From: Mycolicibacterium smegmatis
GTDB lineage: Bacteria > Actinomycetota > Actinomycetes > Mycobacteriales > Mycobacteriaceae
NCBI RefSeq assembly: GCF_001457595.1
Contig: NZ_LN831039.1
Location: 2,400,001 to 2,432,000, forward strand
Length of the DNA stretch: 32,000 nucleotides
Direction: 5' to 3'
The notes beneath the pieces were generated by a model. That model did not search any database. It saw only the letters and a list, made by a program, of their open reading frames with translations, and was not told the origin of the DNA. Shown piece by piece: positions 8,972 to 17,483 of this stretch (position 1 is the stretch's first letter; the number at the start of each line of letters is the position of its first letter). The position numbers were made by a program, and so were the translations under genes.

Positions 8972-10471
8972 TCACGGCATGATCATGGTGCGGGAGACCG
9001 GCTCGGCCGGGGCCTGCCTGCTGTAGAGGCCCTGGTGCAGTGCCACCAGCAGCGCGTTGCGGGTCTCCTCGGGTGCGATCAACTCGTCGAACCCGAGGTG
9101 ACCCGCGGACCGGTAGGACGCCTCCAGCTCCATCGTCTTGAGCACCTCGGCAACGTCCTCACCGGCGTGCGCGGCGCGGCTGAGCGCGGCGGCGCCCATC
9201 GCGCCCATGGTCGCGCCGGGATAGGCGAACGTCGCGACCTGATCGTCGAAGCCCAACAGCGACATCACCATCGAGCCGAAGCCGAACGCCTTGCGCAGCG
9301 TGACGTGCATCTTCAGCGTCGTCGCCGCGGTCTGCGCGGCGAACATCCGCGCCCCGCTGCGCAGTACACCGGCCCGCTCCGAACGGCTGCCCGGCAGCAT
9401 GCCCGGGTTGTCGGCGAGGAACACGATGGGCAAATGGAACGAATCGGCGACGGTGATGAAATGTGCTGCCTTGTCGGCCGCGTCGGCGTCGATGGACCCG
9501 GCGAGCACCTGCGGCTGATTGGCGACCACCGCCACCGGGTGGCCGCCCAGATGTGCGAGTGCGCAGATGATGGCGCGGCCGAACTTGGGCTGCACCTCGA
9601 ACCAGTCGGTGCGGTCGAACACCACGTCGAGCACCTTGCGCATGTCGTAGATGCGCCGGTTGTCCCGCGAGACGATGTCGAGCAGTTCCGGTGTGGCCCG
9701 CGGTTCGACCGATTCGTCGATCTCGGCGGCCGGGGGATAGGACCACGCGCTCGCCGGGAAATACGACAGATACCGGCGGATGTCGTCGAGCACGGCTTCG
9801 TCGCTGTCGGCGAGATTGTGGATCACACCGCTCGCAAGTGCCACGTCCGGACCGCCGAGGTCCTCCTTCGAGATCTCCTCTCCGATGGACTCTTTCACCA
9901 CGGGCGGGCCCGCGGTGAAGATCGCGCCGTGCGGGCTCATGATGGTGAAGTCACACACCGGGGCGACCAGCGCGCCGTGCCCGGCCGAGGCACCCATGAT
10001 CGCCGAGACCGTGGGGACCTTGCCCGAACACCGGGCCTGGGCAAGCAGATCGGTGGGCGTGCGGCCGTAGTGTTCGCCCGCCGCGGCGCGGAAGCCGGCG
10101 CCCTCCAGCAGCATCACCAGCGGAATCTTGCTGCGCAGTGCCAGTTCCGCGAGCCGGTAGCGCTTGGCGTTGCCGCCGGGGCCGATGCTGCCCGCGTAGG
10201 TGGTGAAGTCTTCGGCGCCGACCATCACCGGGGTGCCGTTGACCAGGCCGGTGCCGGTCACGATGCCGTCGGAGGGGATGTCGCCGCCGACCAGGGTGCC
10301 GAACTCCTGGAAGGTGCCGGGGTCGAGCAGGTGGCCGATGCGGGCCCGGGCATCGAGCTTGCCCTTGGCGTGGTGCTTGGCCAGCCGTTCGGGACCGCCC
10401 ATGCCGTAGGAGTTCTGGCGCCTGCGGTCGAGGTCCTCCAGGGACTCCTTCCACTCAGGAGCATGCGTCAT
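8972..10471 (-). CDS. Acyl-CoA carboxylase carboxyltransferase (beta) subunit, AccD/PccB family
   Basis: The ORF track extends to 10846. ATG 10471 (MTHAPEWKESLEDL...) is preceded by GAGGGAG. Two carboxyltransferase halves are recognisable: GKLDARARIGHLLDPGTFQEFG...VNGTPVMVGAEDFTTYAGSIG...IPLVMLLEGAGFR, and ADKAAHFITVADSFHLPIVFLADNPGMLPG. The product is 499 aa. Confidence 0.9.
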   Translation of the reverse strand: MTHAPEWKESLEDLDRRRQNSYGMGGPERLAKHHAKGKLDARARIGHLLDPGTFQEFGTLVGGDIPSDGIVTGTGLVNGTPVMVGAEDFTTYAGSIGPGGNAKRYRLAELALRSKIPLVMLLEGAGFRAAAGEHYGRTPTDLLAQARCSGKVPTVSAIMGASAGHGALVAPVCDFTIMSPHGAIFTAGPPVVKESIGEEISKEDLGGPDVALASGVIHNLADSDEAVLDDIRRYLSYFPASAWSYPPAAEIDESVEPRATPELLDIVSRDNRRIYDMRKVLDVVFDRTDWFEVQPKFGRAIICALAHLGGHPVAVVANQPQVLAGSIDADAADKAAHFITVADSFHLPIVFLADNPGMLPGSRSERAGVLRSGARMFAAQTAATTLKMHVTLRKAFGFGSMVMSLLGFDDQVATFAYPGATMGAMGAAALSRAAHAGEDVAEVLKTMELEASYRSAGHLGFDELIAPEETRNALLVALHQGLYSRQAPAEPVSRTMIMP

Positions 10472-10628
10472 GTCGGTCTCCCTCTCGAACCTGCGGTCGC
10501 CGTGCAGCCTATCGCCGTTGACCATACTGAATTGCTTACTGTAGCGTCGATGAGGTGGCTGGGTGGCGCATGATCGCGAGTTTCGGCAAAGGCTTTTCCG
10601 GTGCCCACAGCAGGGGCACGCGCAGGCC

Positions 10629-11681
10629 GTGACCGACGCGCAGAACCCCGGCGTCAAGGTCGACCGTGGGATTTCGAGCCGTCTGTCCGACGTGGCGCAG
10701 ACCGCTCGTGATCTGGAAACCGCAGGCTGTGACGGATGCTGGACCGGCGAGATCAACCATGATCCGTTCCTGCCGCTCGCGCTCGCTGCCGAGCACACGC
10801 GGCGTATCCAGATCGGCACCAGCATCGCTGTGGCGTTCGCACGCAACCCGATGACCGTCGCGCACCTCGGCTGGGATCTGCAGGCCTACTCGGGCGGGCG
10901 TTTCATCCTCGGGCTCGGCACGCAGATCCGGCCCCACATCGAGAAGCGGTTCAGCATGCCGTGGAGCCATCCTGTGCGCCGTATGCGCGAGTACATCGCA
11001 GCGTTGCAAGCGATCTGGACCTGCTGGCGCGACGGGACAAGTCTGCGCTTCGAGGGCGAGTTCTACACCCACAAGATCATGACGCCCATGTTCACCCCGG
11101 AACCGTCGCCTGCGCCGTTTCCCAAGGTCTTCGTCGCGGCCGTAGGAGAGCGCATGACCGAGATGTGCGGTGAGGCCGCCGACGGTCTGCTCGCGCACGC
11201 CTTCACCACACGCCGCTACCTCGACGAGGTGACCCTCCCGGCACTGCAGCGCGGCATGGACCGTACCGGCCGCAGCCGCAACGACTTCGAGGTGTCCTGC
11301 CCGGTGTTCCTGGTCACCGGTTCCGATGAGCACCAGATGGCTGAGGCCGCCGTCGCCACCCGCAAACAACTGGCGTTCTACGGTTCCACGCCGGCGTACC
11401 GCAAGGTGCTCGAACTCCACGGCTGGGGTGATCTGCACACCGAGTTGCACCGGCTGTCGCTGGCCGGCGAGTGGGACACGATGGGCACGCTCATCGACGA
11501 CGACGTGCTCGACGCGTTCGCCGTCGTGGCGCCGCTGGACGAACTCGCCGACGCCCTGCGCCGCCGCTGCGAAGGCGCGATCGACCGGGTGCTGCCCGGC
11601 TTCCCCGCGGCCGTTCCGCCTGCCACCGTCAACGCCGTACTCGACGAATTCCGTGACCGCCCGCCTGTGACCCGCCTGTGA
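10629..11681 (+). CDS. Luciferase-like monooxygenase family, probable F420-dependent oxidoreductase (second, different subfamily)
   Basis: The conserved part begins at ...KVDRGISSRLSDVAQTARDLETAGCDGCWTGEINHDPFLPLALAAE. The two Val codons just before it are GTC, so the nearest usable in-frame start is GTG 10629. Codons 10563-10628 show weaker GC3 bias. I recall a TIGRFAMs F420-oxidoreductase family named after the M. smegmatis gene at this position; verify. Confidence 0.75.
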   Translation: MTDAQNPGVKVDRGISSRLSDVAQTARDLETAGCDGCWTGEINHDPFLPLALAAEHTRRIQIGTSIAVAFARNPMTVAHLGWDLQAYSGGRFILGLGTQIRPHIEKRFSMPWSHPVRRMREYIAALQAIWTCWRDGTSLRFEGEFYTHKIMTPMFTPEPSPAPFPKVFVAAVGERMTEMCGEAADGLLAHAFTTRRYLDEVTLPALQRGMDRTGRSRNDFEVSCPVFLVTGSDEHQMAEAAVATRKQLAFYGSTPAYRKVLELHGWGDLHTELHRLSLAGEWDTMGTLIDDDVLDAFAVVAPLDELADALRRRCEGAIDRVLPGFPAAVPPATVNAVLDEFRDRPPVTRL

Positions 11682-11691
11682 GGAGTGCGCC

Positions 11692-12927
11692 ATGACCGCC
11701 AGGACGATCGATGACGCCGCCAAGGTTTTCGCGATGCCGTCGGCCTACACCGACGAGGCGAAATTCCATGAGGCACTGACCCATCTGCGGGTGAACGCGC
11801 CGGTGTCCTGGGTGGACGTACCGCCGTACAGACCGTTCTGGGCCATCACCAGGTACGCCGACATCATGGCGATCGAACGTGCGAACGACCTGTTCACCAA
11901 CTCACCGCGGCCGGTTCTGATGACGGCCGAGGAGGACGAACAGCAGGCTGCCGTGGGTATCAGCACGTTGATCCACATGGACGATCCGCAACACCGCGTC
12001 ATCCGCGCCATCGGTGCGGACTGGTTCCGCCCCAAGGCCATGCGCGCGTTGAAGATCCGCGTCGACGAACTCGCGAAGATCCACGTCGACAAGATGGTGG
12101 CGGCCGGCGGTGAATGTGATTTCGTCCAGGAGATCACGGTCAACTATCCGCTGTACGTGATCATGTCGCTGCTCGGGATCCCCGAGGCCGACTTCCCGCT
12201 GATGCTCAAACTCACCCAGGAACTGTTCGGCAACAAAGACGACGAGTACCAGCGCAGCGCCGACGAGGGTGACTCGATGGCCGCGCTGCTGGAGATGTTC
12301 CAGTACTTCACCGAACTCACGGCGTCGCGACGTGCGAATCCCACCGACGACCTTGCGTCGGCGATCGCCAACGCCACGGTGAACGGCGAGCCGCTCAACG
12401 ACATCGAGACCGTGTCCTACTACGCGATCGTCGCCGCAGCCGGGCACGACACCACCAGCGCGACGATCTCGGGCGGCATGCTGGCGCTGCTCGAACACCC
12501 CGATCAGCTCGAGCGGTTGCGCAACGACCCGTCGTTGATGGGCACCGCCACCGAGGAGATGATCCGCTGGGTGACCCCGGTGAAGGCGTTCATGCGCACC
12601 GCGGCCACCGACACCGTGGTGCGCGACGTGCCTATCGCCGCAGGCGAATCCTTGTTGCTGGCATACCCGTCGGGCAACCGCGACGAGGAGGTCTTCACCG
12701 ACCCCTTCCGGTTCGATGTGGGCCGCGACCCCAACAAGCACGTCGCGTTCGGGTACGGCGTGCACTTCTGCCTGGGAGCGGCGTTGGCGCGTATGGAGAT
12801 CAACAGTTTCTTCGCTGAGCTGATCCCACGGCTGGAATCGATCGAGCTGACCGGGTCACCGCGGCACACCGCCACGACGTTCGTCGGCGGGCTCAAACAC
12901 CTGCCGGTGCGTTACGCGTTGCGCTGA
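11692..12927 (+). CDS. Cytochrome P450
   Basis: ATG 11692 lies 6 nt after AGGAG (11681-11685) and 10 nt after the upstream LLM stop. Motifs present are the I-helix AAGHDTTS, ExxR (EEMIRW) and the heme-thiolate loop FGYGVHFCLGAALARME. Confidence 0.95.
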   Translation: MTARTIDDAAKVFAMPSAYTDEAKFHEALTHLRVNAPVSWVDVPPYRPFWAITRYADIMAIERANDLFTNSPRPVLMTAEEDEQQAAVGISTLIHMDDPQHRVIRAIGADWFRPKAMRALKIRVDELAKIHVDKMVAAGGECDFVQEITVNYPLYVIMSLLGIPEADFPLMLKLTQELFGNKDDEYQRSADEGDSMAALLEMFQYFTELTASRRANPTDDLASAIANATVNGEPLNDIETVSYYAIVAAAGHDTTSATISGGMLALLEHPDQLERLRNDPSLMGTATEEMIRWVTPVKAFMRTAATDTVVRDVPIAAGESLLLAYPSGNRDEEVFTDPFRFDVGRDPNKHVAFGYGVHFCLGAALARMEINSFFAELIPRLESIELTGSPRHTATTFVGGLKHLPVRYALR

Positions 12928-12937
12928 GCATTCCGCG

Positions 12938-13141
12938 TCAGCAGCAGCGGGCGCCGGGGTTGGCGTCCGCGCTGCTGTGGCGCATCTTCCAGTAGTCGCG
13001 CTCGGAGAGCACCGGCTCACCGGGATGGGTGCGCGCCCGGTGCTCGACGTAGCGTCGATAGTGGTTGTCGCCCATCAATGTCGAGACGTACCAGCCGACT
13101 TTGCGTGCGGCCTGGCGTGTGCGCTGGGCAAGGCCTCCCAC
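12938..13141 (-). CDS. ybdD: YbdD/YjiX-family small protein (DUF466, CstA-associated)
   Basis: 67-codon ORF starting at GTG 13141. ...YVSTLMGDNHYRRYVEHRARTHPGEPVLSERDYWKMR...GARCC has the family's conserved core and terminal Cys-Cys, and it sits immediately downstream of cstA as in E. coli. An alternative start at ATG 13075 (TGATG overlap with the cstA stop) would give 45 aa. Confidence 0.7.
   Translation of the reverse strand: MGGLAQRTRQAARKVGWYVSTLMGDNHYRRYVEHRARTHPGEPVLSERDYWKMRHSSADANPGARCC
12942..12977. terminator. GC-rich hairpin between the convergent P450 and ybdD-like genes (candidate bidirectional, U-tail-less terminator)
   Basis: CAGCAGCG (12942-12949) pairs with CGCTGCTG (12970-12977). 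The inner pairs GG/CC and CGCC/GGCG each require a single-nt bulge, and the loop is GGGGTT. The hairpin starts 15 nt after the P450 stop and lies inside the last codons of the ybdD-like ORF. There is no U tract on either strand. Confidence 0.3.
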
Positions 13142-15381
13142 TGCTTGCTCACCTCCTTCTCCACGGCCGTGGGGATCAACCCCGACGGAGCGAAGATGCG
13201 CGACGGCACGGGCTCGTCCTCCGCCAGTGGCCGCCCCGTCCCGCGCAGCGCCTGCAGTGCCATCACCACACCGGCGATGAACACGATGAGCACCAGCACA
13301 GCGAACACGACCGACAGCGTGCCCTGGATGAACGTGTTGCGGATGACCGCGTCAAGCTGGCCGGCGTCCTTGGCCGCGCCGAATGTCGTCGCACCGCCGT
13401 CACGCGCGTTGCGGTACTGGAAGTGCTGCGTCCAGTAACCGACCTTCGGATCCCCGGAGAAGATCTTCTGCCACGACGCCGTCATGGTCACCGTCAGATC
13501 CCACATCAGCGGCAGCGCCGGAATCCACGCCCACTTGATCAATCCGCGTTTGATCACCACGACCGTCACGACGGTCAGGGCGATCGCAGCGAGCAACTGA
13601 TTCGCGATGCCGAACAACGGGAAGAGCGTGTTGATGCCGCCCAGCGGGTCGGTGACGCCCATCAGCAGAATGCTGCCCCACGCGGCCACCACGATGACGC
13701 TGCACACCCAGGCGCCGACGCGCCAGCTGGGATCCTTGAGCTTGCGCAGCGGACCACCGAGGTTGGACAGCCCGTCGGAGAGCATGAAGCGTGCCACGCG
13801 GGTGCCCGCGTCCACCGTGGTGAGGATGAACAGGGCCTCGAACATGATCGCGAAGTGGTACCAGAACGCCTTGAGCGCCGAACCGCCGAACACCTGGTGC
13901 AGCACCTCGGCCATGCCGAACGCCAGCGTCGGCGCACCACCGGTGCGCGACACGATCGACTGCTCACCGACGCCCTCGGCCGCCGCGGTGATCTCCTCGG
14001 GGGTGATCGGCGCTCCCGACAGGCCCAGGCCGTTGACGTAGTCGGCCGCGGTCTGTGCGGTGGTGCCGGTCTGCGCGCTCGGTGCGTTGATCGCGAAGTA
14101 CAGGTGCTGGTTGAGGATGGCCGCGGTGATGAGCGCCATGATCGCCACGAACGACTCGGTGAGCATGCCGCCGTAGCCGATCAGCCGCATCTGGCTTTCC
14201 TTTTCCAGCAGCTTCGGCGTGGTTCCCGACGAGATCAGCGCATGGAAGCCGGACAGGGCACCGCACGCGATGGTGATGAACAGGAAGGGGAACAGCGAAC
14301 CGGCGAACACCGGGCCCGTGCCGCTGCCGGCGAAGGTCGAGATCGCGGGCGCCTCCATCACCGGGCGGGCGATGAGGATGCCGACGGCCAGCAGTGCGAT
14401 GGTGCCGACCTTCATGAACGTCGACAGATAGTCACGTGGCGCCAGCAACAACCACACCGGCAGCACCGACGCCGCCAGGCCGTAGATGATGATGCACCAC
14501 GACAGCGTGACCTTGGACAAGGTGAACCAGTCTGCGCCCCACGACGTCTCGGCCACCCAGCCGCCCGAAACGACCGCGAGCAGCAACAGCACGACACCGA
14601 TCAGCGACACCTCCGACACCCGGCCGGGGCGCAGGAACCGCAGGTACAAGCCCATGAAGATCGCGATCGGAATGGTCATCGCGATGGAGAAGACACCCCA
14701 CGGGCTCTCGGCGAGGGCGTTGACCACCACGAGAGCGAGCACCGCGAGCAGGATCACCATGATGACGAGCACGCCGACGATCGCCGCGACGCCGCCGACC
14801 GTGCCGAGTTCATCGCGGGCCATCTGTCCCAGCGAACGGCCGCGGCGCCGCACCGAGATCGACAGCACCAGGTAGTCCTGGACGCAACCGGCCAGGACCG
14901 CGCCGATGATGATCCAGATGGTGCCCGGCAGATAACCCATCTGCATGGCCAGGACCGGCCCCACGAGCGGCCCGGCACCGGCGATCGCAGCGAAGTGGTG
15001 ACCGAACAACACCCGGCGGTCGGTCGGGACGTAATCGGTGGCGTTCTCGAAAAGCTCAGCCGGAGTGGCGATGTGATCGCGCGGCTGAACGATCTTCATC
15101 TCGATCAGCCGCGCGTAGAACCGGAAGCCGATGATGTAGGTGCAGATCGCGGCGATCACGAACCAGACGGCGTTGACCGTCTCCCCGCGGAAGAACGCGA
15201 TGATCGCCCAGGCGATCGCGCCGACCAGGGCGATGATCCCGAAGATGATCTTGTGCCGCGTGGTGATCGGCGAGCGGTCGATGATCGCTACCGGCGGTAG
15301 GTCCTTGTCGGTGCGGATATAGGTGATGTCGCCGTCTTGTTCCTCGATGCGATCCGTCGGTGGTGCATCAGGTGTAGCCAC
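13075..15381 (-). CDS. cstA: Carbon starvation protein A (CstA/BtsT-family peptide/pyruvate transporter)
   Basis: The ORF track extends to 15585. GTG 15381 is preceded by AAGGAGAG and gives VATPDAPP.... This is a large polytopic membrane protein with the CstA signature ...RRVLFGHHFAAIAGAGPLVGPVLAMQMGYLPG.... The product is 768 aa. Confidence 0.9.
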   Translation of the reverse strand: MATPDAPPTDRIEEQDGDITYIRTDKDLPPVAIIDRSPITTRHKIIFGIIALVGAIAWAIIAFFRGETVNAVWFVIAAICTYIIGFRFYARLIEMKIVQPRDHIATPAELFENATDYVPTDRRVLFGHHFAAIAGAGPLVGPVLAMQMGYLPGTIWIIIGAVLAGCVQDYLVLSISVRRRGRSLGQMARDELGTVGGVAAIVGVLVIMVILLAVLALVVVNALAESPWGVFSIAMTIPIAIFMGLYLRFLRPGRVSEVSLIGVVLLLLAVVSGGWVAETSWGADWFTLSKVTLSWCIIIYGLAASVLPVWLLLAPRDYLSTFMKVGTIALLAVGILIARPVMEAPAISTFAGSGTGPVFAGSLFPFLFITIACGALSGFHALISSGTTPKLLEKESQMRLIGYGGMLTESFVAIMALITAAILNQHLYFAINAPSAQTGTTAQTAADYVNGLGLSGAPITPEEITAAAEGVGEQSIVSRTGGAPTLAFGMAEVLHQVFGGSALKAFWYHFAIMFEALFILTTVDAGTRVARFMLSDGLSNLGGPLRKLKDPSWRVGAWVCSVIVVAAWGSILLMGVTDPLGGINTLFPLFGIANQLLAAIALTVVTVVVIKRGLIKWAWIPALPLMWDLTVTMTASWQKIFSGDPKVGYWTQHFQYRNARDGGATTFGAAKDAGQLDAVIRNTFIQGTLSVVFAVLVLIVFIAGVVMALQALRGTGRPLAEDEPVPSRIFAPSGLIPTAVEKEVSKQWEALPSAHARPHAKSAGTSRH

Positions 15382-15553
15382 GATCTCTCCTTGTCGACCC
15401 CTGTGTCGTGCGTCTCTGGTCCCGATCCTTCCATCGTGCGCAAGTCGAGTGCCATCGAATCCCGGTTTCCGCTGCGTTCCCGGCGTTTCGCGGCTTCGGC
15501 CCCGATCTCCTGCGACGGTGAGCATCTGCTCGGCCTGGCAGGGTTCGCCGTGC

Positions 15554-16615
15554 TCACCGCCGCAGCGTTTCAGATGGCGTCTCACCCCACCGTTTTCGGT
15601 ACTCCACGGCGAAGCTGCCGAGGTGGTGGAAGCCCCAGCGTTCGGCGACCGCGGTCACCGTGACGCCGTCGGACGGGATGGCGTCGGTCAGTTCCTCGCG
15701 CACGCGTTCCAGGCGACGTTCGCGGATGAACGTGGTTGGGCTCATTCCGAGTTCGGTGCGAAAGCCCTGCTGGATCGACCGGACGCTCATGTGCAGCGCC
15801 TCGGCCAGCGACTCCATGGTGATCTTCTCGGCCAGATGGTCCTCGATGTAGTCGACGGCCTGCTGGATCACCGCCCGGCGCGGGGTTGCCGGTGTGGGGC
15901 GGGTGATGTCGGAGTAGTAGGTCGACGGCTGCAGGTACAGCAGGCTGCTCATCACGAGTTCCTCGACGGGACCGATGGCGCAGCCGCGCTGCACCAGCGA
16001 ACCGGCGTGGTACACCTCGGTGTGGATCAGCTGTACCGCGGCGTGCCAGCGGGTGGCCGCCTCGGTGGTGAGGTCGAACTCGGGCTCGAACCTCAGCGGT
16101 CCGACCAGGTTCCGCCCGAGCAGGCGCGTGAGGTGGGCATTCATCGCCTCCTCCTCGATGCGCACCAGCATCTGCGGCGAGTCGTGTGCGAAGCTCATCC
16201 GGACCGGGTCGCCCGGGCTGGTGACCAGCGACCGTGTGGTGCCTGCGTCGAACTCGGCCGCTGGATGGGTCACCGTGGCGCTGCCGTTGAGCGGCATGTG
16301 CACCGCGAAGTAGCGCCCGGATTCCGGGATGTCGAGGGCCGCGGCCACGTGCAGGTCGAGGTAGAGCAGGCTGACGTTGCGCAACCGGACGCCGTGCATG
16401 GTCGCCGCGAAACCTCCGGCATCGGCGGCGTCGACCGTGAGCGTCAGGGGCGACAGCGTGCGACCGACCAGACGCGCGGCCTCGCGGACGTCCTCGGTGT
16501 AGAAGATCTCGTGATCGGCCAGCGCGGGCGGGACGCCGCGGCTGCGCACCTTTCGCCGCACGGGATCGCTGGTGCGGCGGATGTCGATGAACCCGAGCCG
16601 GGTCAGCCGTGACAT
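15554..16615 (-). CDS. AraC/XylS-family transcriptional regulator
   Basis: 353-codon ORF starting at ATG 16615. It has a C-terminal double HTH (AVDYIEDHLAEKITMESLAEALHMSVRSIQQGFRTELGMSPTTFIRERRLERVREEL) and an N-terminal AraC-type effector-domain-like half. It lies upstream of, and co-oriented with, cstA, and is divergent from hucM. Confidence 0.85.
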   Translation of the reverse strand: MSRLTRLGFIDIRRTSDPVRRKVRSRGVPPALADHEIFYTEDVREAARLVGRTLSPLTLTVDAADAGGFAATMHGVRLRNVSLLYLDLHVAAALDIPESGRYFAVHMPLNGSATVTHPAAEFDAGTTRSLVTSPGDPVRMSFAHDSPQMLVRIEEEAMNAHLTRLLGRNLVGPLRFEPEFDLTTEAATRWHAAVQLIHTEVYHAGSLVQRGCAIGPVEELVMSSLLYLQPSTYYSDITRPTPATPRRAVIQQAVDYIEDHLAEKITMESLAEALHMSVRSIQQGFRTELGMSPTTFIRERRLERVREELTDAIPSDGVTVTAVAERWGFHHLGSFAVEYRKRWGETPSETLRR

Positions 16616-16843
16616 CCGGGAACCCCCAGCAACGCCCGGCCTGATACGCGAGCTAAGGAAAGCCTAACTTTGGTCGGAGATAACGGATTTCGATCCCGCA
16701 CCGCAACCCTCCTGATCGTCAGACGCGCATGAGCGCACCTATCTTTGCGCAATCCGGACAGGAATTGCGCGAAAGCGATAGGCATCCGCGCATAGGTGAG
16801 GATATGTTTGCCGCGTCGCCGAAACTCCGAGCGGGAGGATGGA
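16616..16843. promoter_or_regulatory. Divergent AraC / hucM intergenic region with paired TTGCGC motifs (candidate operator/promoters)
   Basis: This 228-bp non-coding stretch is visibly less GC-rich than the flanks. The palindrome TTGCGCAA sits at 16745-16752 and TTGCGCGA at 16765-16772, 20 bp (two helical turns) apart. GCGCA (16733-16737) and TGCGC (16746-16750) form a short inverted repeat. No promoter boxes could be assigned confidently. Confidence 0.3.
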
Positions 16844-17413
16844 ATGGCCAGCAACGGTCACAGTGCCGGTCAGAATGCGATCGACGAACTTCCAGACATC
16901 TCGCCGGCCGACGGGATCCGTCGGCGTCTCGACGATCCCCAGGTTGCCGAGGCCCTCAACAGCTTGCTCGACCATGCGGACCTGCTCGCGGTCCTCGTCA
17001 AGGGTCTCGACGGATTCGTGCGTCGCGGTGACGACATCGCGAACAACCTGACGTCGGCGATCGGGGAGTTGAAGGCGCTCAACGCGGCTGACACGCCCAT
17101 CCCCGCACTCGCGGCGCTCAAGGACGTCGACCTGGCGGGGTTGGCGAACTCGCTGGCAACGTTGTCCGGGGGACTGGTGAAGGCGACGCCGGCGCTCAAC
17201 GCGGTGCTGGATTCGTTGACCGACCAGCGTGGCGCCGAGGTGCTGTCGGCACTGGGGGACGCGCTGGTGGCGGCGCGCACATCGGCGCCGCCCGCGCCGC
17301 GCGGTGTGCGGGGGATGTGGAAGACGCTGCGCGCGGCGGCCAAGGATCCCGACGTCGGCCGTGGTGTGTCGTACCTGATCGAAGTCGCCCGCGTCTTCGG
17401 CAGCAAGGTGTGA
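16844..17413 (+). CDS. hucM: HucM-like hydrogenase scaffold subunit (DUF1641-like)
   Basis: ATG 16844 lies 5 nt after GGAGG (16834-16838); the ORF-track GTG at 16796 would add 16 aa. The product is 189 aa, helical and Ala/Leu-rich (DDPQVAEALNSLLDHADLLAVLVKGLDGFVRRGDDIANNL), with no obvious TM helix. It lies directly upstream of the small subunit, as in the published M. smegmatis Huc operon. Confidence 0.7.
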   Translation: MASNGHSAGQNAIDELPDISPADGIRRRLDDPQVAEALNSLLDHADLLAVLVKGLDGFVRRGDDIANNLTSAIGELKALNAADTPIPALAALKDVDLAGLANSLATLSGGLVKATPALNAVLDSLTDQRGAEVLSALGDALVAARTSAPPAPRGVRGMWKTLRAAAKDPDVGRGVSYLIEVARVFGSKV

Positions 17414-17483
17414 TCGAAGCGAAAACCTTTACAGTCCAGCGGAATCCGGCAGCAGCCCTGGCCGGCGATCGAGAGGAGACCCA

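Noticed and set aside
7635-8975. 446-aa ORF on the minus strand
   Set aside because: It is antisense to the bicupin gene, whose two cupin metal motifs are clear. It also runs through the repeat-rich intergenic region. This is a shadow ORF.
8678-10573. 631-aa ORF on the plus strand
   Set aside because: It is antisense to the AccD-family carboxyltransferase and overlaps the bicupin 3' end. No recognisable domains and biased composition.
13078-15300. 740-aa ORF on the plus strand
   Set aside because: It is antisense to the clearly recognisable CstA transporter. Its product is Arg/Asp/His/Gly-rich low-complexity sequence with no motif, which is the typical shadow ORF of a GC3-saturated gene.
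15517-15558. Inverted repeat GGTGAGCA / TGCTCACC downstream of the AraC gene and upstream of cstA
   Set aside because: It has an 8-bp stem but a 26-nt unpaired loop and no U tract, and it overlaps the AraC stop codon. Not convincing as a terminator or attenuator without transcript data.
15323-16612. 429-aa plus-strand ORF. The same applies to similar long antisense ORFs at 10536-11723(-), 17196-18377(-), 18334-19437(-), 19510-20469(-), 21191-22558(-), 22225-23238(-), 27948-28865(-), 30349-31641(+) and 30532-31515(-).
   Set aside because: Each is antisense or out of frame to a gene with a firm family signature (AraC, LLM, HucS, HucL, protease, TPR, Nfu-Rieske, HypF, HypE). All have Arg/Pro/Gly/His-rich products typical of non-coding frames in high-GC DNA.
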